From the IMG/VR virus record IMGVR_UViG_3300016665_000824, positions 1-64,000 of that record: a stretch of 64,000 nucleotides of DNA; one strand, 5' to 3'. Shown piece by piece: positions 17,499-25,736 of this stretch. The notes under the pieces are model-generated. The model was not told the DNA's origin. It ran no database searches and saw only the letters and a program-made list of their open reading frames with translations. Within the stretch, counting starts at the first letter, position 1. Each line of letters begins with the position of its first letter. The DNA is from a virus. The position numbers were made by a program, and so were the translations under genes.

Positions 17499-17915
17499 AT
17501 GCTATTAGGATTTTACGCAGGTAACGATCAGAACTTCTTAGTCGAGCTAAAGCCAGAAACAGCTAGAAAATGTGCGGGAGCCTTTAGAAAAATACAGTCT
17601 TTCTGTGGCAAGGACTCTTTTTCTCTTGAAGTCGAAGAGTTTGTTATGAGGGACTTCCCTTTAGATGGGGTATGGGAGCTTGATTTGGATGTCGAATTTC
17701 CCGAAGAATCCGATTTTGTCGAAGTTCCTCCAAAAACCGTGGAGAAAAAATCTTCCGAGTTCTTTTCTAGTAATTTAGTTTTAGGCGAGATGGGTGCTTA
17801 TTGGTATCTTAACCACCAATATTTCCCAAGCATTCAAACACCTGTACTAACGCGAGATCAGTTGGATGCAATCGCTATTTTAGGACAGCCGTATGATTTT
17901 AAAGGGCGAATCTAA
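17499..17915 (+). CDS. hypothetical protein
   Basis: ORF, CAGGAG upstream. Confidence 0.55.
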   Translation: MLLGFYAGNDQNFLVELKPETARKCAGAFRKIQSFCGKDSFSLEVEEFVMRDFPLDGVWELDLDVEFPEESDFVEVPPKTVEKKSSEFFSSNLVLGEMGAYWYLNHQYFPSIQTPVLTRDQLDAIAILGQPYDFKGRI

Positions 17916-18121
17916 TGACCTTAACCGATAATATTACGGACATCTGCGATCGCCTGATTGACACCCGCAATCCAAAGGCGATCGCGCAGGGACTAAAAGC
18001 CTTGCCCGATCAATCGAAAGCTGCTTTTGCCAGTATGTATATAGCTACCGAGCTATCCTTGACTGACGCAGGGTATAGACTGCTCGGACGCATTCAAGTC
18101 GAGTTATTGAAGGAGGAGTAA
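17915..18121 (+). CDS. hypothetical small protein
   Basis: TAATG overlap with previous gene. Confidence 0.5.
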   Translation: MTLTDNITDICDRLIDTRNPKAIAQGLKALPDQSKAAFASMYIATELSLTDAGYRLLGRIQVELLKEE

Positions 18122-18441
18122 TGCTAGACACCAGTAGGCTTGATTGGACGAAAGAAGACTCCGAACTTACTGCAAAATGCAAACGCATTGCAAAGCTTAG
18201 GTTGGAAGGCTTGGAGACGGAGGAGGAAGTTACGCGGCTTCGCGATGAAGCTGGCGATCGCGCAAATCGTTTTTGGCGGTCAAGGCAAGATAGCTTAACC
18301 GCTTCTACCTCTAATTACTGGCACGACCTATGGGAGGTAGAAGACATTGTTTGGAAGATGCTGACAGACTGTATCCATGAGTCTTTTTACAAGGAGGAGA
18401 TAAACGGCTTAAGGAAATTCTTGGCGGAGTTGGATAGCTGA
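18121..18441 (+). CDS. hypothetical protein
   Basis: TAATG overlap with previous gene. Confidence 0.55.
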   Translation: MLDTSRLDWTKEDSELTAKCKRIAKLRLEGLETEEEVTRLRDEAGDRANRFWRSRQDSLTASTSNYWHDLWEVEDIVWKMLTDCIHESFYKEEINGLRKFLAELDS

Positions 18442-18654
18442 ATGAAATTCAAAAAGTTTCGAGATCTCGTAGCAGGCGATCGCTTCTTAAACTCAACAAT
18501 CATGGACGACCTCAATGGCAGGTCGTCTTGGGAGGTCGCCGCCGACACTTCTGAGCCTTTAGATGACGACAAGCCCGATGGTTTGTGGAAGGTCTATACC
18601 AACGAAGGTAGGGCTTTTGCTTATCCTGATACTACTGTAACCGTGGAGGACTAA
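18442..18654 (+). CDS. hypothetical small protein
   Basis: ATG directly after previous stop. Confidence 0.5.
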   Translation: MKFKKFRDLVAGDRFLNSTIMDDLNGRSSWEVAADTSEPLDDDKPDGLWKVYTNEGRAFAYPDTTVTVED

Positions 18655-18782
18655 TGGCTAGAACAAAAGTGGCTCATGGAGAGAAGCGATCGCCTAATCG
18701 CTCAGCCCAATACCCCGTTCGTCGCAACGGGGTTACTGTTATCATCCGCAAATCATTCGACAAAAACAAGCAGGAGGCTTAG
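18654..18782 (+). CDS. possible micro-ORF (42 aa, basic)
   Basis: fits exactly between neighbours (TAATG at start, TAG immediately before next ATG); GGAGG upstream. Confidence 0.35.
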   Translation: MARTKVAHGEKRSPNRSAQYPVRRNGVTVIIRKSFDKNKQEA

Positions 18783-19097
18783 ATGTATTCAGAAGAATTA
18801 AATAGAGCTGCCCAAGAAATCATTGATCGACATAAAAAGGCGCAACAAGCTGACCTTGAGGCACTGGCTGAAAGCGTCCGACTATACCCTAACGGGTTTG
18901 AATTCTCTCGCAATAGAGGCGGTGATGTGGATAGGTTTCGGGTTTTGTCGGCTTTTATCTCTGGCACTGACATTCTTGATGCTCAGATTTTTTATCGTTG
19001 CAAAGTCTTAGGATGGAGCTCGTGGTCTGAACACTCGACTCCTATTTCTGAGATGGCGATCACTTCATTTATCAAGCATTTTTCGCAAGAGATCTAA
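18783..19097 (+). CDS. hypothetical protein
   Basis: ATG after CAGGAGG. Confidence 0.6.
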   Translation: MYSEELNRAAQEIIDRHKKAQQADLEALAESVRLYPNGFEFSRNRGGDVDRFRVLSAFISGTDILDAQIFYRCKVLGWSSWSEHSTPISEMAITSFIKHFSQEI

Positions 19098-19200
19098 TTT
19101 GGAGTTCCCTCCTAATATTTATGAGTAATAACTCGCGATCGCCACCCTATTACCTATGCCTTGAATAACACAAAACAACAACAAAAACAACAGGTAAGAA

Positions 19201-19536
19201 ATGACAGACGAAGAATTTGCAGAAAAACTTGACCGATATTTTGCCGTTCGAGCATCTCAGCAGCAACCCAAGAGAGGTCGCAAGAAGAAGGTGGTCGTTG
19301 AGACCGTAGAACCTGATTACGACAGCATGGACTTAGCAACCTTTGGCGATCACGTAAGCGACTCTATGGGTGATTGCACTGAACTGGCTATCAATGAGTT
19401 CATGAACATGGCGCGATCGCACAGAAAAGGCAACACCCTTAAAGCTGTTGGTCACGGAGCTAAGGGTGTTGTAGGTACAGGGCTTGTGGTTTACGGGGTT
19501 GTGGAGTTGCTTCGAGTGGCTCTAGGCTCGGATTAG
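19201..19536 (+). CDS. hypothetical protein with hydrophobic Gly-rich C-terminus
   Basis: ORF; C-terminus GVVGTGLVVYGVVELL suggests a membrane helix. Confidence 0.55.
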   Translation: MTDEEFAEKLDRYFAVRASQQQPKRGRKKKVVVETVEPDYDSMDLATFGDHVSDSMGDCTELAINEFMNMARSHRKGNTLKAVGHGAKGVVGTGLVVYGVVELLRVALGSD

Positions 19537-19606
19537 TTAGTTGCGATTCGTCTGTGTCAGGCGATCGCATATAAGATCAATCAAACTTTATTAACAGCAA
19601 AACAAA

Positions 19607-19951
19607 ATGCCAAATCTAGACGAGACAATGAATGCGATCGCGAAGGAATCTAACAAGAATTTCTTTCGCAGGTTGTTTGTTGACGATGTAACCGCAGATA
19701 TGGGGAATATCATTCTCAACACTATCAAGAGTAATAGTGGCAATCGTTTGACGAATCGCAAAGACTTTCTCCGTGCAGCAATCCCTGCCCTATGGGAGAG
19801 GCTTGGAGTTGAGCGTATTGATAAAGCTGTTGCTGACGCGATCGCCACACTACTCGACAACCACTTAATCGAAAAGTGGGAATACCAAGAGGACAATGGC
19901 ACAATGGTTGACTACTACGATTTGCCAGAGGAGGATGAAGATGAGATATAA
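19607..19951 (+). CDS. hypothetical protein
   Basis: 114-codon ORF. Confidence 0.55.
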   Translation: MPNLDETMNAIAKESNKNFFRRLFVDDVTADMGNIILNTIKSNSGNRLTNRKDFLRAAIPALWERLGVERIDKAVADAIATLLDNHLIEKWEYQEDNGTMVDYYDLPEEDEDEI

Positions 19952-20087
19952 GGTTTTTGTGTACGGAGAAGTTGTTGGCTCTTTCAATACTTTTGTCGAA
20001 GCGTGTGAGCTGTACGCAAAGCAGGCTAGCGGCTCTGGCTACATTCTTGATACTCAGCCAAGTCTCTCGCCTTGCTGGGGTTTATAG
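19941..20087 (+). CDS. hypothetical small protein (48 aa)
   Basis: ATG 19941 inside track ORF 19896-20087; overlaps previous gene by 11 nt. Confidence 0.4.
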   Translation: MRYKVFVYGEVVGSFNTFVEACELYAKQASGSGYILDTQPSLSPCWGL

Positions 20088-20132
20088 ATAGGCGATCGCA
20101 TTAACAATTCAAAACAACAAGCAGGAGATAAA

Positions 20133-20462
20133 ATGTTTATATCAGAGATTAAAGCCGATGCCCTAAAGAAGATTGAGTCGCTGTGGCTAGATGGCGTAGA
20201 ACCATTAATTGCCGAGCAAGTTGTTGAGACTCTACACAGTGTAGGCGTTCTTAGGGGAGGCGAACTTCAAGGTGCGGTCTGGAATAGCGTAGGTAGGTAT
20301 CCTTCTTCCGACTCATTTAGTACTGTTTACTACCAAGTCATCGCTACACTCTGCCTTAAATCCGTCATATCAAGAATAGCCTTTCCCGATGGTTCTAATG
20401 GCTACACACTCTATCGTTACCCCTCCCAAAAAACAATATCGAATCAGACAGATCCTGCCTAA
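20133..20462 (+). CDS. hypothetical protein
   Basis: ATG after AGGAG; stop followed by HIP1 as in neighbouring cassettes. Confidence 0.55.
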   Translation: MFISEIKADALKKIESLWLDGVEPLIAEQVVETLHSVGVLRGGELQGAVWNSVGRYPSSDSFSTVYYQVIATLCLKSVISRIAFPDGSNGYTLYRYPSQKTISNQTDPA

Positions 20463-20547
20463 CGGCGATCGCCTATATTCCAAATGCGCTACAGATAACA
20501 TCCGCATACTCAAGTGGAATCTGTGTCGCTTGCGGGATAAGGATGAT

Positions 20548-20712
20548 ATGTCCAAGTATGCGATTGTTGATGATGCGGGTAATTTGTATCCGCAGTTGTT
20601 GATAGACGCGATCGCTGAAGATCTCGCCCGTGAAGCTAACTGGCGGAAGCGGATGGAGGCTAAGGCGATCGCGGAGAAAGAAAGATGCAAATTATTGGTA
20701 AAAAGATTATGA
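20548..20712 (+). CDS. hypothetical small protein (54 aa)
   Basis: in-frame ATG of track ORF 20389-20712 lying after the HIP1-containing gap; AAGGA upstream. Confidence 0.4.
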   Translation: MSKYAIVDDAGNLYPQLLIDAIAEDLAREANWRKRMEAKAIAEKERCKLLVKRL

Positions 20713-21107
20713 CTCAACTACACCCTGACGACATCAACCCTCAAGATATCTTTTGGGATGACAACCCTTTTCACCTCCCGTCTATAGTTGTTGACGCAAT
20801 GCGGTTTGACAAGGATCGCGCTGGTGATGAGGAGTATTTCGCCAGCCGACCATTATGCTCTAAATGCAAGCATTATAGTGTCAGCGAGACTGGTGATGGA
20901 TGGAATGAACCTCGCGAGATTTGGGAAGACTGCTCTTTAAGGATCTGGGATACGGTCGATGAAGATGAAGTACCATCTATGGGTATAGAGCATTATGCTT
21001 CTAGGTGCGATCGCTATGAATATCTCCCTCCACAAGAGGAGGTCTATGAGATTTATGAAGACATGCCTCCTGGAGAATTGTTTGGTAGTGACGATATAGA
21101 TTTCTAG
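20709..21107 (+). CDS. hypothetical acidic protein
   Basis: ATG 20709 in ATGA overlap (track start 20685). Confidence 0.55.
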   Translation: MTQLHPDDINPQDIFWDDNPFHLPSIVVDAMRFDKDRAGDEEYFASRPLCSKCKHYSVSETGDGWNEPREIWEDCSLRIWDTVDEDEVPSMGIEHYASRCDRYEYLPPQEEVYEIYEDMPPGELFGSDDIDF

Positions 21108-21137
21108 GCGATCACACCACATTCACTGCACAAACCT

Positions 21138-21371
21138 ATGAAAGATCTAAAACAACTGCACCACGAATTTACACTTACCTCAGCCGCTTTTAGGAGTGCC
21201 GCGATCGCGCAAGGTCTTATCCGTACTGATATCGGCGAAGATTCAGATCGAATTTGGTGGCTGAGCAGGGCTGATCACGGCAAGGTTAGCGAGATGCTCA
21301 AAAACAATCAAGATCCTGAAGAATATTGTCTAGATCTTGCTTTTGAGGGCAAGGCATTTTTCGAGTATTAA
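21138..21371 (+). CDS. hypothetical protein
   Basis: ORF. Confidence 0.5.
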   Translation: MKDLKQLHHEFTLTSAAFRSAAIAQGLIRTDIGEDSDRIWWLSRADHGKVSEMLKNNQDPEEYCLDLAFEGKAFFEY

Positions 21372-21416
21372 CTAAGCGATCGCCACAATACTCATAATCA
21401 AAACAACGAGAAAAGA

Positions 21417-21608
21417 ATGAACGAAGAAACAATCCTTAACAAGCTAAGGGCAATCCTCCCGAACCTTGAAGTCTCTCGCTTGCTATCTCTCCTAGAAGCC
21501 AGAGATCAAACCCTGCTAGACCCGTCAAAGAGCGAGGACGAGAAGGCTGAAGCCCGACAGCTTAGAAGACAGATTCTTGCTAGGTTAGAAGAAATTGCTC
21601 AATCCTGA
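21417..21608 (+). CDS. hypothetical small helical protein
   Basis: ORF. Confidence 0.5.
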   Translation: MNEETILNKLRAILPNLEVSRLLSLLEARDQTLLDPSKSEDEKAEARQLRRQILARLEEIAQS

Positions 21609-21619
21609 ATAGGCGATCG

Positions 21620-21640
21620 CCCTGCAAGATTTTTGCAGGG
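21620..21640 (+). terminator. 8-bp stem hairpin followed by T-rich tract
   Basis: CCCTGCAA gattt TTGCAGGG then ttgtct, just after stop at 21608. Confidence 0.45.
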
Positions 21641-21695
21641 TTGTCTATGTACACTTAACTAACCCCAGATGCCGTTAGGCGATTGCTCGAAAGAG

Positions 21696-21723
21696 CGTAT
21701 GTAAAACAACGAGGAAACAATCA
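21696..21723 (+). promoter_or_regulatory. conserved 5' leader (GTATGTAAAACAACGAGGAAACAA), copy 1
   Basis: near-identical block at 21991-22025 upstream of the next gene; contains GAGGA SD-like core. Confidence 0.5.
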
Positions 21724-21990
21724 ATGTCGGAAAACAAATTCGTAAACGTGCAAATCAATGGTAAGGGTAAAGTTCTCCTTCGGGTTACTGACGACGACTC
21801 TAGATGGGGTTTTTACCTGACAGATGGAGAGTCAGTTTGGGACGGAGGCTTCGGAATTGCTGACAACCAAAAGACTGTCCCGACCAAGCGAACTTCAAAG
21901 GCTATTGAAGACGCTAAACACGCAATTATTAATGGTTACGGATACCCATGTTTTTCGCGCTACGAGTTTGTTAACGAAGCGGGTAGCTAA
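21724..21990 (+). CDS. hypothetical protein (88 aa)
   Basis: ORF behind conserved leader. Confidence 0.55.
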   Translation: MSENKFVNVQINGKGKVLLRVTDDDSRWGFYLTDGESVWDGGFGIADNQKTVPTKRTSKAIEDAKHAIINGYGYPCFSRYEFVNEAGS

Positions 21991-22025
21991 AAGATGTATG
22001 TAGAACAATAACGAGGAAACAACAA
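21991..22025 (+). promoter_or_regulatory. conserved 5' leader, copy 2
   Basis: see 21696-21723. Confidence 0.5.
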
Positions 22026-22292
22026 ATGCTAGTTCAATATTCGGAAATCAAACCCATCGGGTCAGAATGGCAGGCGATCGCATCGAATGATATTAATAAC
22101 ATTATGGATGATGCCGATATCTTAAATGGCACTGCGGCTAACTGGCTTGTATACGAGCTAGGAGAAGAAGATCTACCCGCAGGAGTTGAAGATATTCGGG
22201 GCAAGATTCAAAACGAGCCTTCAAGAGTCTTCGCTTATGTTGCCAATGACATAGTTATATATTTCGGTCTTGACGAGGTATTTGAAGAATAG
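22026..22292 (+). CDS. hypothetical acidic protein (88 aa)
   Basis: ORF behind conserved leader. Confidence 0.55.
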   Translation: MLVQYSEIKPIGSEWQAIASNDINNIMDDADILNGTAANWLVYELGEEDLPAGVEDIRGKIQNEPSRVFAYVANDIVIYFGLDEVFEE

Positions 22293-22323
22293 GTTTAGTG
22301 ATCGCACCCTCAACCCATCATCT

Positions 22324-22363
22324 AATACGTCACAGATCTAATTAGATCTGTGACGTATTTTTG
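22324..22363 (+). terminator. strong intrinsic terminator: 36-nt perfect palindrome (16-bp stem) followed by a T5 run
   Basis: AATACGTCACAGATCTAATTAGATCTGTGACGTATT + TTTT read directly. Confidence 0.75.
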
Positions 22364-22397
22364 TGGTAGTATTAATTCAAAGAATTTTCAAAAACCT

Positions 22398-22541
22398 ATG
22401 AAAATAACACAAAAAGCCCTTAGCTCAGCGCAAAAGCGGCAGAGGCGGCTATGTGCGAAACGCGCTGAGGAGCTGGCGAAGATTCCAACACCAGAGCTAA
22501 TCCCGATGGCTGCTAAAGCTAAGGAGTATTTCGATGTATGA
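22398..22541 (+). CDS. hypothetical small basic protein (47 aa)
   Basis: ATG 22398 chosen because track start 22350 lies inside the terminator hairpin. Confidence 0.4.
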   Translation: MKITQKALSSAQKRQRRLCAKRAEELAKIPTPELIPMAAKAKEYFDV

Positions 22542-22767
22542 CCCCTATCTCGATACTGACTGGGCGATCGCGTTAGCAAACCCAGAAATCAATTATTTGT
22601 TATACCTGACCGACGAAGAATTAAAACAGCAAAAGGAGAAATCGAATGAAAGATGTAGCTATAGAAGAGGTGTTGAGAGAGTTGCTGGTATTGATGGGAA
22701 CGCCTCCCCACGAGAGATCTTTAGGCAAAGGCTTTTGCAAGATTCCATCGGGTTCGAGTGCGCTTGA
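22534..22767 (+). CDS. hypothetical small protein; 3' third overlaps next gene
   Basis: ATG overlaps previous stop by 8 nt; extends about 120 nt past the well-supported start of 22646. Confidence 0.4.
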   Translation: MYDPYLDTDWAIALANPEINYLLYLTDEELKQQKEKSNERCSYRRGVERVAGIDGNASPREIFRQRLLQDSIGFECA

Positions 22768-23683
22768 GATAGCAATCGACCCTAGATCTAACTATGGCTG
22801 GCAGTACGATGATGGGAATGGAGGTGCATGGCCCAGCTTGGATGAGGAGTGCCTTGAAGCCACACTGATTAACTATCAAATTCGAGATATAGTCCCAAAG
22901 CCCGAAAAACTAGCCAAGATTAACGAGGCGATCGCAGAACTTGAAGACGATATTGCTGCCGCCAAAGATTCTAATCGTAGAGAAAGGAAACAGATCGACC
23001 TTGAGAAGAAGCACTCCGAGTTGATTGACTGTCACCATTATGTCTACCTCTATTTTAAGGATAGAGAAAGATCCTACAAGTTAAGAATGAAGCCCACCAA
23101 TAACTTCACGATGTCTCTCTTCAACCAGCTTTCCGTGCTAACCTCACGCTCCCCGAATAAGCTCAAATCGCCAATAAAAGTGGCTCCAGAAATGAGAGCT
23201 AGTAGTAGGGACTCAGAACGGAAAGTAACTTTTGCAAAAGTTTTTGTTGGGGATAACCCTGTCTGGGTTGGTGAGAGGAATCAAATAACTTCAAGGGAAT
23301 GGACTAAAGTTTGGAGGCAAAGAGTTGAGCAGGTTGGCAATATTATCCGAAAGCTGCATGGCACTCAACAGCCTTATAACTCACAAACCAGTCTTCCTGC
23401 TTACGAGGAAGATGATAGCGATCGCAGTCAATTAGCCTTGCCACATGGAGAGGATGCGATTGAGGCTGATTTTGAAGAGGTGGAAGATCCTAAAACCCTG
23501 CTCAATAAGAAAGTCATAGCCGAAGCTCAAGCGCTCTGGGCTGACAACTTCAAAGACAAGATAAGAGAGCATTCGGCAACACATTTTGACGGACTGTATC
23601 TTAAGGATATGACTGCCGCTCAGTTGCAGAAATATCTTGAAGATCTTAACGAGATTAAAAGTCAACAAAAAGGAGTGGCGTAA
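22646..23683 (+). CDS. hypothetical protein (345 aa)
   Basis: ATG with AAGGAG 7 nt upstream; largest ORF of the early region. Confidence 0.7.
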   Translation: MKDVAIEEVLRELLVLMGTPPHERSLGKGFCKIPSGSSALEIAIDPRSNYGWQYDDGNGGAWPSLDEECLEATLINYQIRDIVPKPEKLAKINEAIAELEDDIAAAKDSNRRERKQIDLEKKHSELIDCHHYVYLYFKDRERSYKLRMKPTNNFTMSLFNQLSVLTSRSPNKLKSPIKVAPEMRASSRDSERKVTFAKVFVGDNPVWVGERNQITSREWTKVWRQRVEQVGNIIRKLHGTQQPYNSQTSLPAYEEDDSDRSQLALPHGEDAIEADFEEVEDPKTLLNKKVIAEAQALWADNFKDKIREHSATHFDGLYLKDMTAAQLQKYLEDLNEIKSQQKGVA

Positions 23684-24132
23684 TGGCAGGTCTAGACAAG
23701 GTTTTTGGGACTGAGACTCAATATTGGGAGCTTCGCAAATGGACAGATGCCTACCTCCCCGAACTGAACGACTACCTGAACGATCCTACCGAATTTCGAT
23801 GCTACGAAGAGTATCCTGTGTCAAACCTACCCACGTGGGCGGATATGTATGTAGTTGCTCACTGCGAAGTCGAATGGTATCTGGGGTATATTGCGTTAAG
23901 ACAATATAGCCTTGACTTGAAGATTGAACAATATCAGCCTCTTGTAGCTGAGTACGCGGAGGAGGGTTATCAAAAGCAGCTTGAATACGATAAAGAGCAT
24001 GAGGATCTTGATGAGGGTGAGGAATATAGCGATCTGTGGGTTGCTTTTGAAAAATGGCGCGATCGCGGATATCCAGTCTCCCCCAAGTGCATAGAAATTG
24101 TCAGCAGACTCAAGATAGAAGACCTCGTATGA
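23683..24132 (+). CDS. hypothetical acidic protein
   Basis: TAATG overlap; AAGGAG upstream. Confidence 0.6.
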   Translation: MAGLDKVFGTETQYWELRKWTDAYLPELNDYLNDPTEFRCYEEYPVSNLPTWADMYVVAHCEVEWYLGYIALRQYSLDLKIEQYQPLVAEYAEEGYQKQLEYDKEHEDLDEGEEYSDLWVAFEKWRDRGYPVSPKCIEIVSRLKIEDLV

Positions 24133-24551
24133 ACCCAATAAAAATCATCACATGGCAATGTCCAATCTGCGGGAGTACCTATAGCGATGAGCAGGATGCG
24201 ATCGCCTGTTCAAATCTAGAAGCTCCACCACATCGATTTAAAGTCGGTGACACCGTTTACATCGAGGAGCGCTATCCCGACGATCCTAAGAAACCATTGG
24301 TGTCGGTCAAGATCTCCGAGGTATATGGATACTATAGGGATGATTATCCTGACAAGCATGTACCTCAATACCTACTCGAAGAAGCCATCCAAACAGGTAA
24401 GTACCGATGGTCTGGAAGCTCTCAAGCTGAATACAATGATGGTTGGGATAGCGTAGAGTATCACCCTGCCTATGAGTGGGAGATCTATGCACTAGGAGAT
24501 TCTTATGGTAGCGCGATCGTGACGGAAGACTTGGTTGGCGAACATTATTAA
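24129..24551 (+). CDS. hypothetical protein with N-terminal CPxCG zinc-ribbon motif
   Basis: ATG 24129 in ATGA overlap (track start 24054). Confidence 0.55.
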   Translation: MNPIKIITWQCPICGSTYSDEQDAIACSNLEAPPHRFKVGDTVYIEERYPDDPKKPLVSVKISEVYGYYRDDYPDKHVPQYLLEEAIQTGKYRWSGSSQAEYNDGWDSVEYHPAYEWEIYALGDSYGSAIVTEDLVGEHY

Positions 24552-24565
24552 TACTGGAGGAAACA

Positions 24566-24895
24566 ATGCTAGACCCAAAAACTTTAGAGCAAATCAAGCA
24601 GACATCTACCGCCGCCCAGCAAGTCCCAAAAGTCATTGCAATTGAAATCGGAATTGGATTTCGTTTTGGTAAGGTTGTTGTAGGCTCTCCAACTGAGAAG
24701 GAGCTTATTAAGGACTTGTCAACCCAGCTTGAGTGGGACTACAAGGAAGGAGGAACAACAGATGTTGAAGTGATGTACCGAACTCTGTGCGAGTTTAAAA
24801 ATCCTGAAGATGCCGTTTCCGTAGGAGATGCTATTAAGCGGGATCTTACAAGTAAAGGATATCAAATCAAGTCGAAAGACAAGACCTACCAATAA
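24566..24895 (+). CDS. hypothetical protein
   Basis: ATG after GGAGG; last + strand gene before the convergent terminator. Confidence 0.6.
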   Translation: MLDPKTLEQIKQTSTAAQQVPKVIAIEIGIGFRFGKVVVGSPTEKELIKDLSTQLEWDYKEGGTTDVEVMYRTLCEFKNPEDAVSVGDAIKRDLTSKGYQIKSKDKTYQ

Positions 24896-24896
24896 C

Positions 24897-24924
24897 AAAA
24901 GCCCGTCAATATTGACGGGCTTTT
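24897..24924. terminator. bidirectional intrinsic terminator between convergent gene blocks
   Basis: AAAA GCCCGTCAATATTGACGGGC TTTT: 20-nt perfect palindrome flanked by A4 and T4. Confidence 0.7.
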
Positions 24925-24942
24925 GTGCTATTCAGATCAGAA

Positions 24943-25341
24943 TTAAACGAGATAGCGACCCTTAGTTTCGTATACCAAGTCAGTCTTTTCAACGATCGCT
25001 TCAGAATCCACGGTCAGAGAACCTGAAGGTTTGACCGATCGCAAGAAGCATTTTTCGAGCAACAAGCCAGAAACATAGATGTCTGAGTAGGCGGGGTCGG
25101 TCTTCTTCACTAAGTTGCTGAGGTTGGTTTCAGCAGTAGATTGAAGGGTTGTAACCTCTGTTCCAGACAAGCCGCTAACAGAATACTGAATAGTTCTTTT
25201 CGCAGCGTTAAAAGGAGTGATATCTCCTGCATAGTTAACGTTGAAGGTAATCGAGTTGCCTTCGCCTAATGACAGTTCGTTTGGCTGACAGACTCTTCCA
25301 GGCAAATCTGGGATTGATTGGAGAGTAATAGCAATAGACAT
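24943..25341 (-). CDS. hypothetical virion-module protein (132 aa, Ser/Thr-rich)
   Basis: last gene of the minus-strand structural operon. Confidence 0.6.
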   Translation of the reverse strand: MSIAITLQSIPDLPGRVCQPNELSLGEGNSITFNVNYAGDITPFNAAKRTIQYSVSGLSGTEVTTLQSTAETNLSNLVKKTDPAYSDIYVSGLLLEKCFLRSVKPSGSLTVDSEAIVEKTDLVYETKGRYLV

Positions 25342-25416
25342 ATGGTAGCTACCAATAAGTTTCTCTCATCTTCACGAGATCTTTTGGAAAGCCACTACGG
25401 ATTGCGGTATTGGCGA

Positions 25417-25734
25417 CTATGTAATAACGTTGTAGGCGAGATACAACTTCGCATCAGTTGCGGAAGTATATCCGCCAACCAATGAATCTCCAGTCTCTAA
25501 CCTAATATCGGCAACCTCTCTAGGTTGGTTTTTGAACATAGAGGCAGTATTCCATAAATAAGAAGTAACACCCGTAGAAGTATCTGCCACGCCAATACTG
25601 ATTGTTCCGCCATCGGCGGATACCGTGGCGATCGCATGGATAATTTCAATAACTTCTCCACTACCCGCAGTTAACAGATTGGTGGTCAGTGTCGTGGTCA
25701 AATCAATGGACTTAGCTTTGCGTGTGATAGCCAT
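25417..25734 (-). CDS. hypothetical virion-module protein (105 aa)
   Basis: ORF immediately downstream of the fibre gene. Confidence 0.6.
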   Translation of the reverse strand: MAITRKAKSIDLTTTLTTNLLTAGSGEVIEIIHAIATVSADGGTISIGVADTSTGVTSYLWNTASMFKNQPREVADIRLETGDSLVGGYTSATDAKLYLAYNVIT

Positions 25735-25736
25735 AA

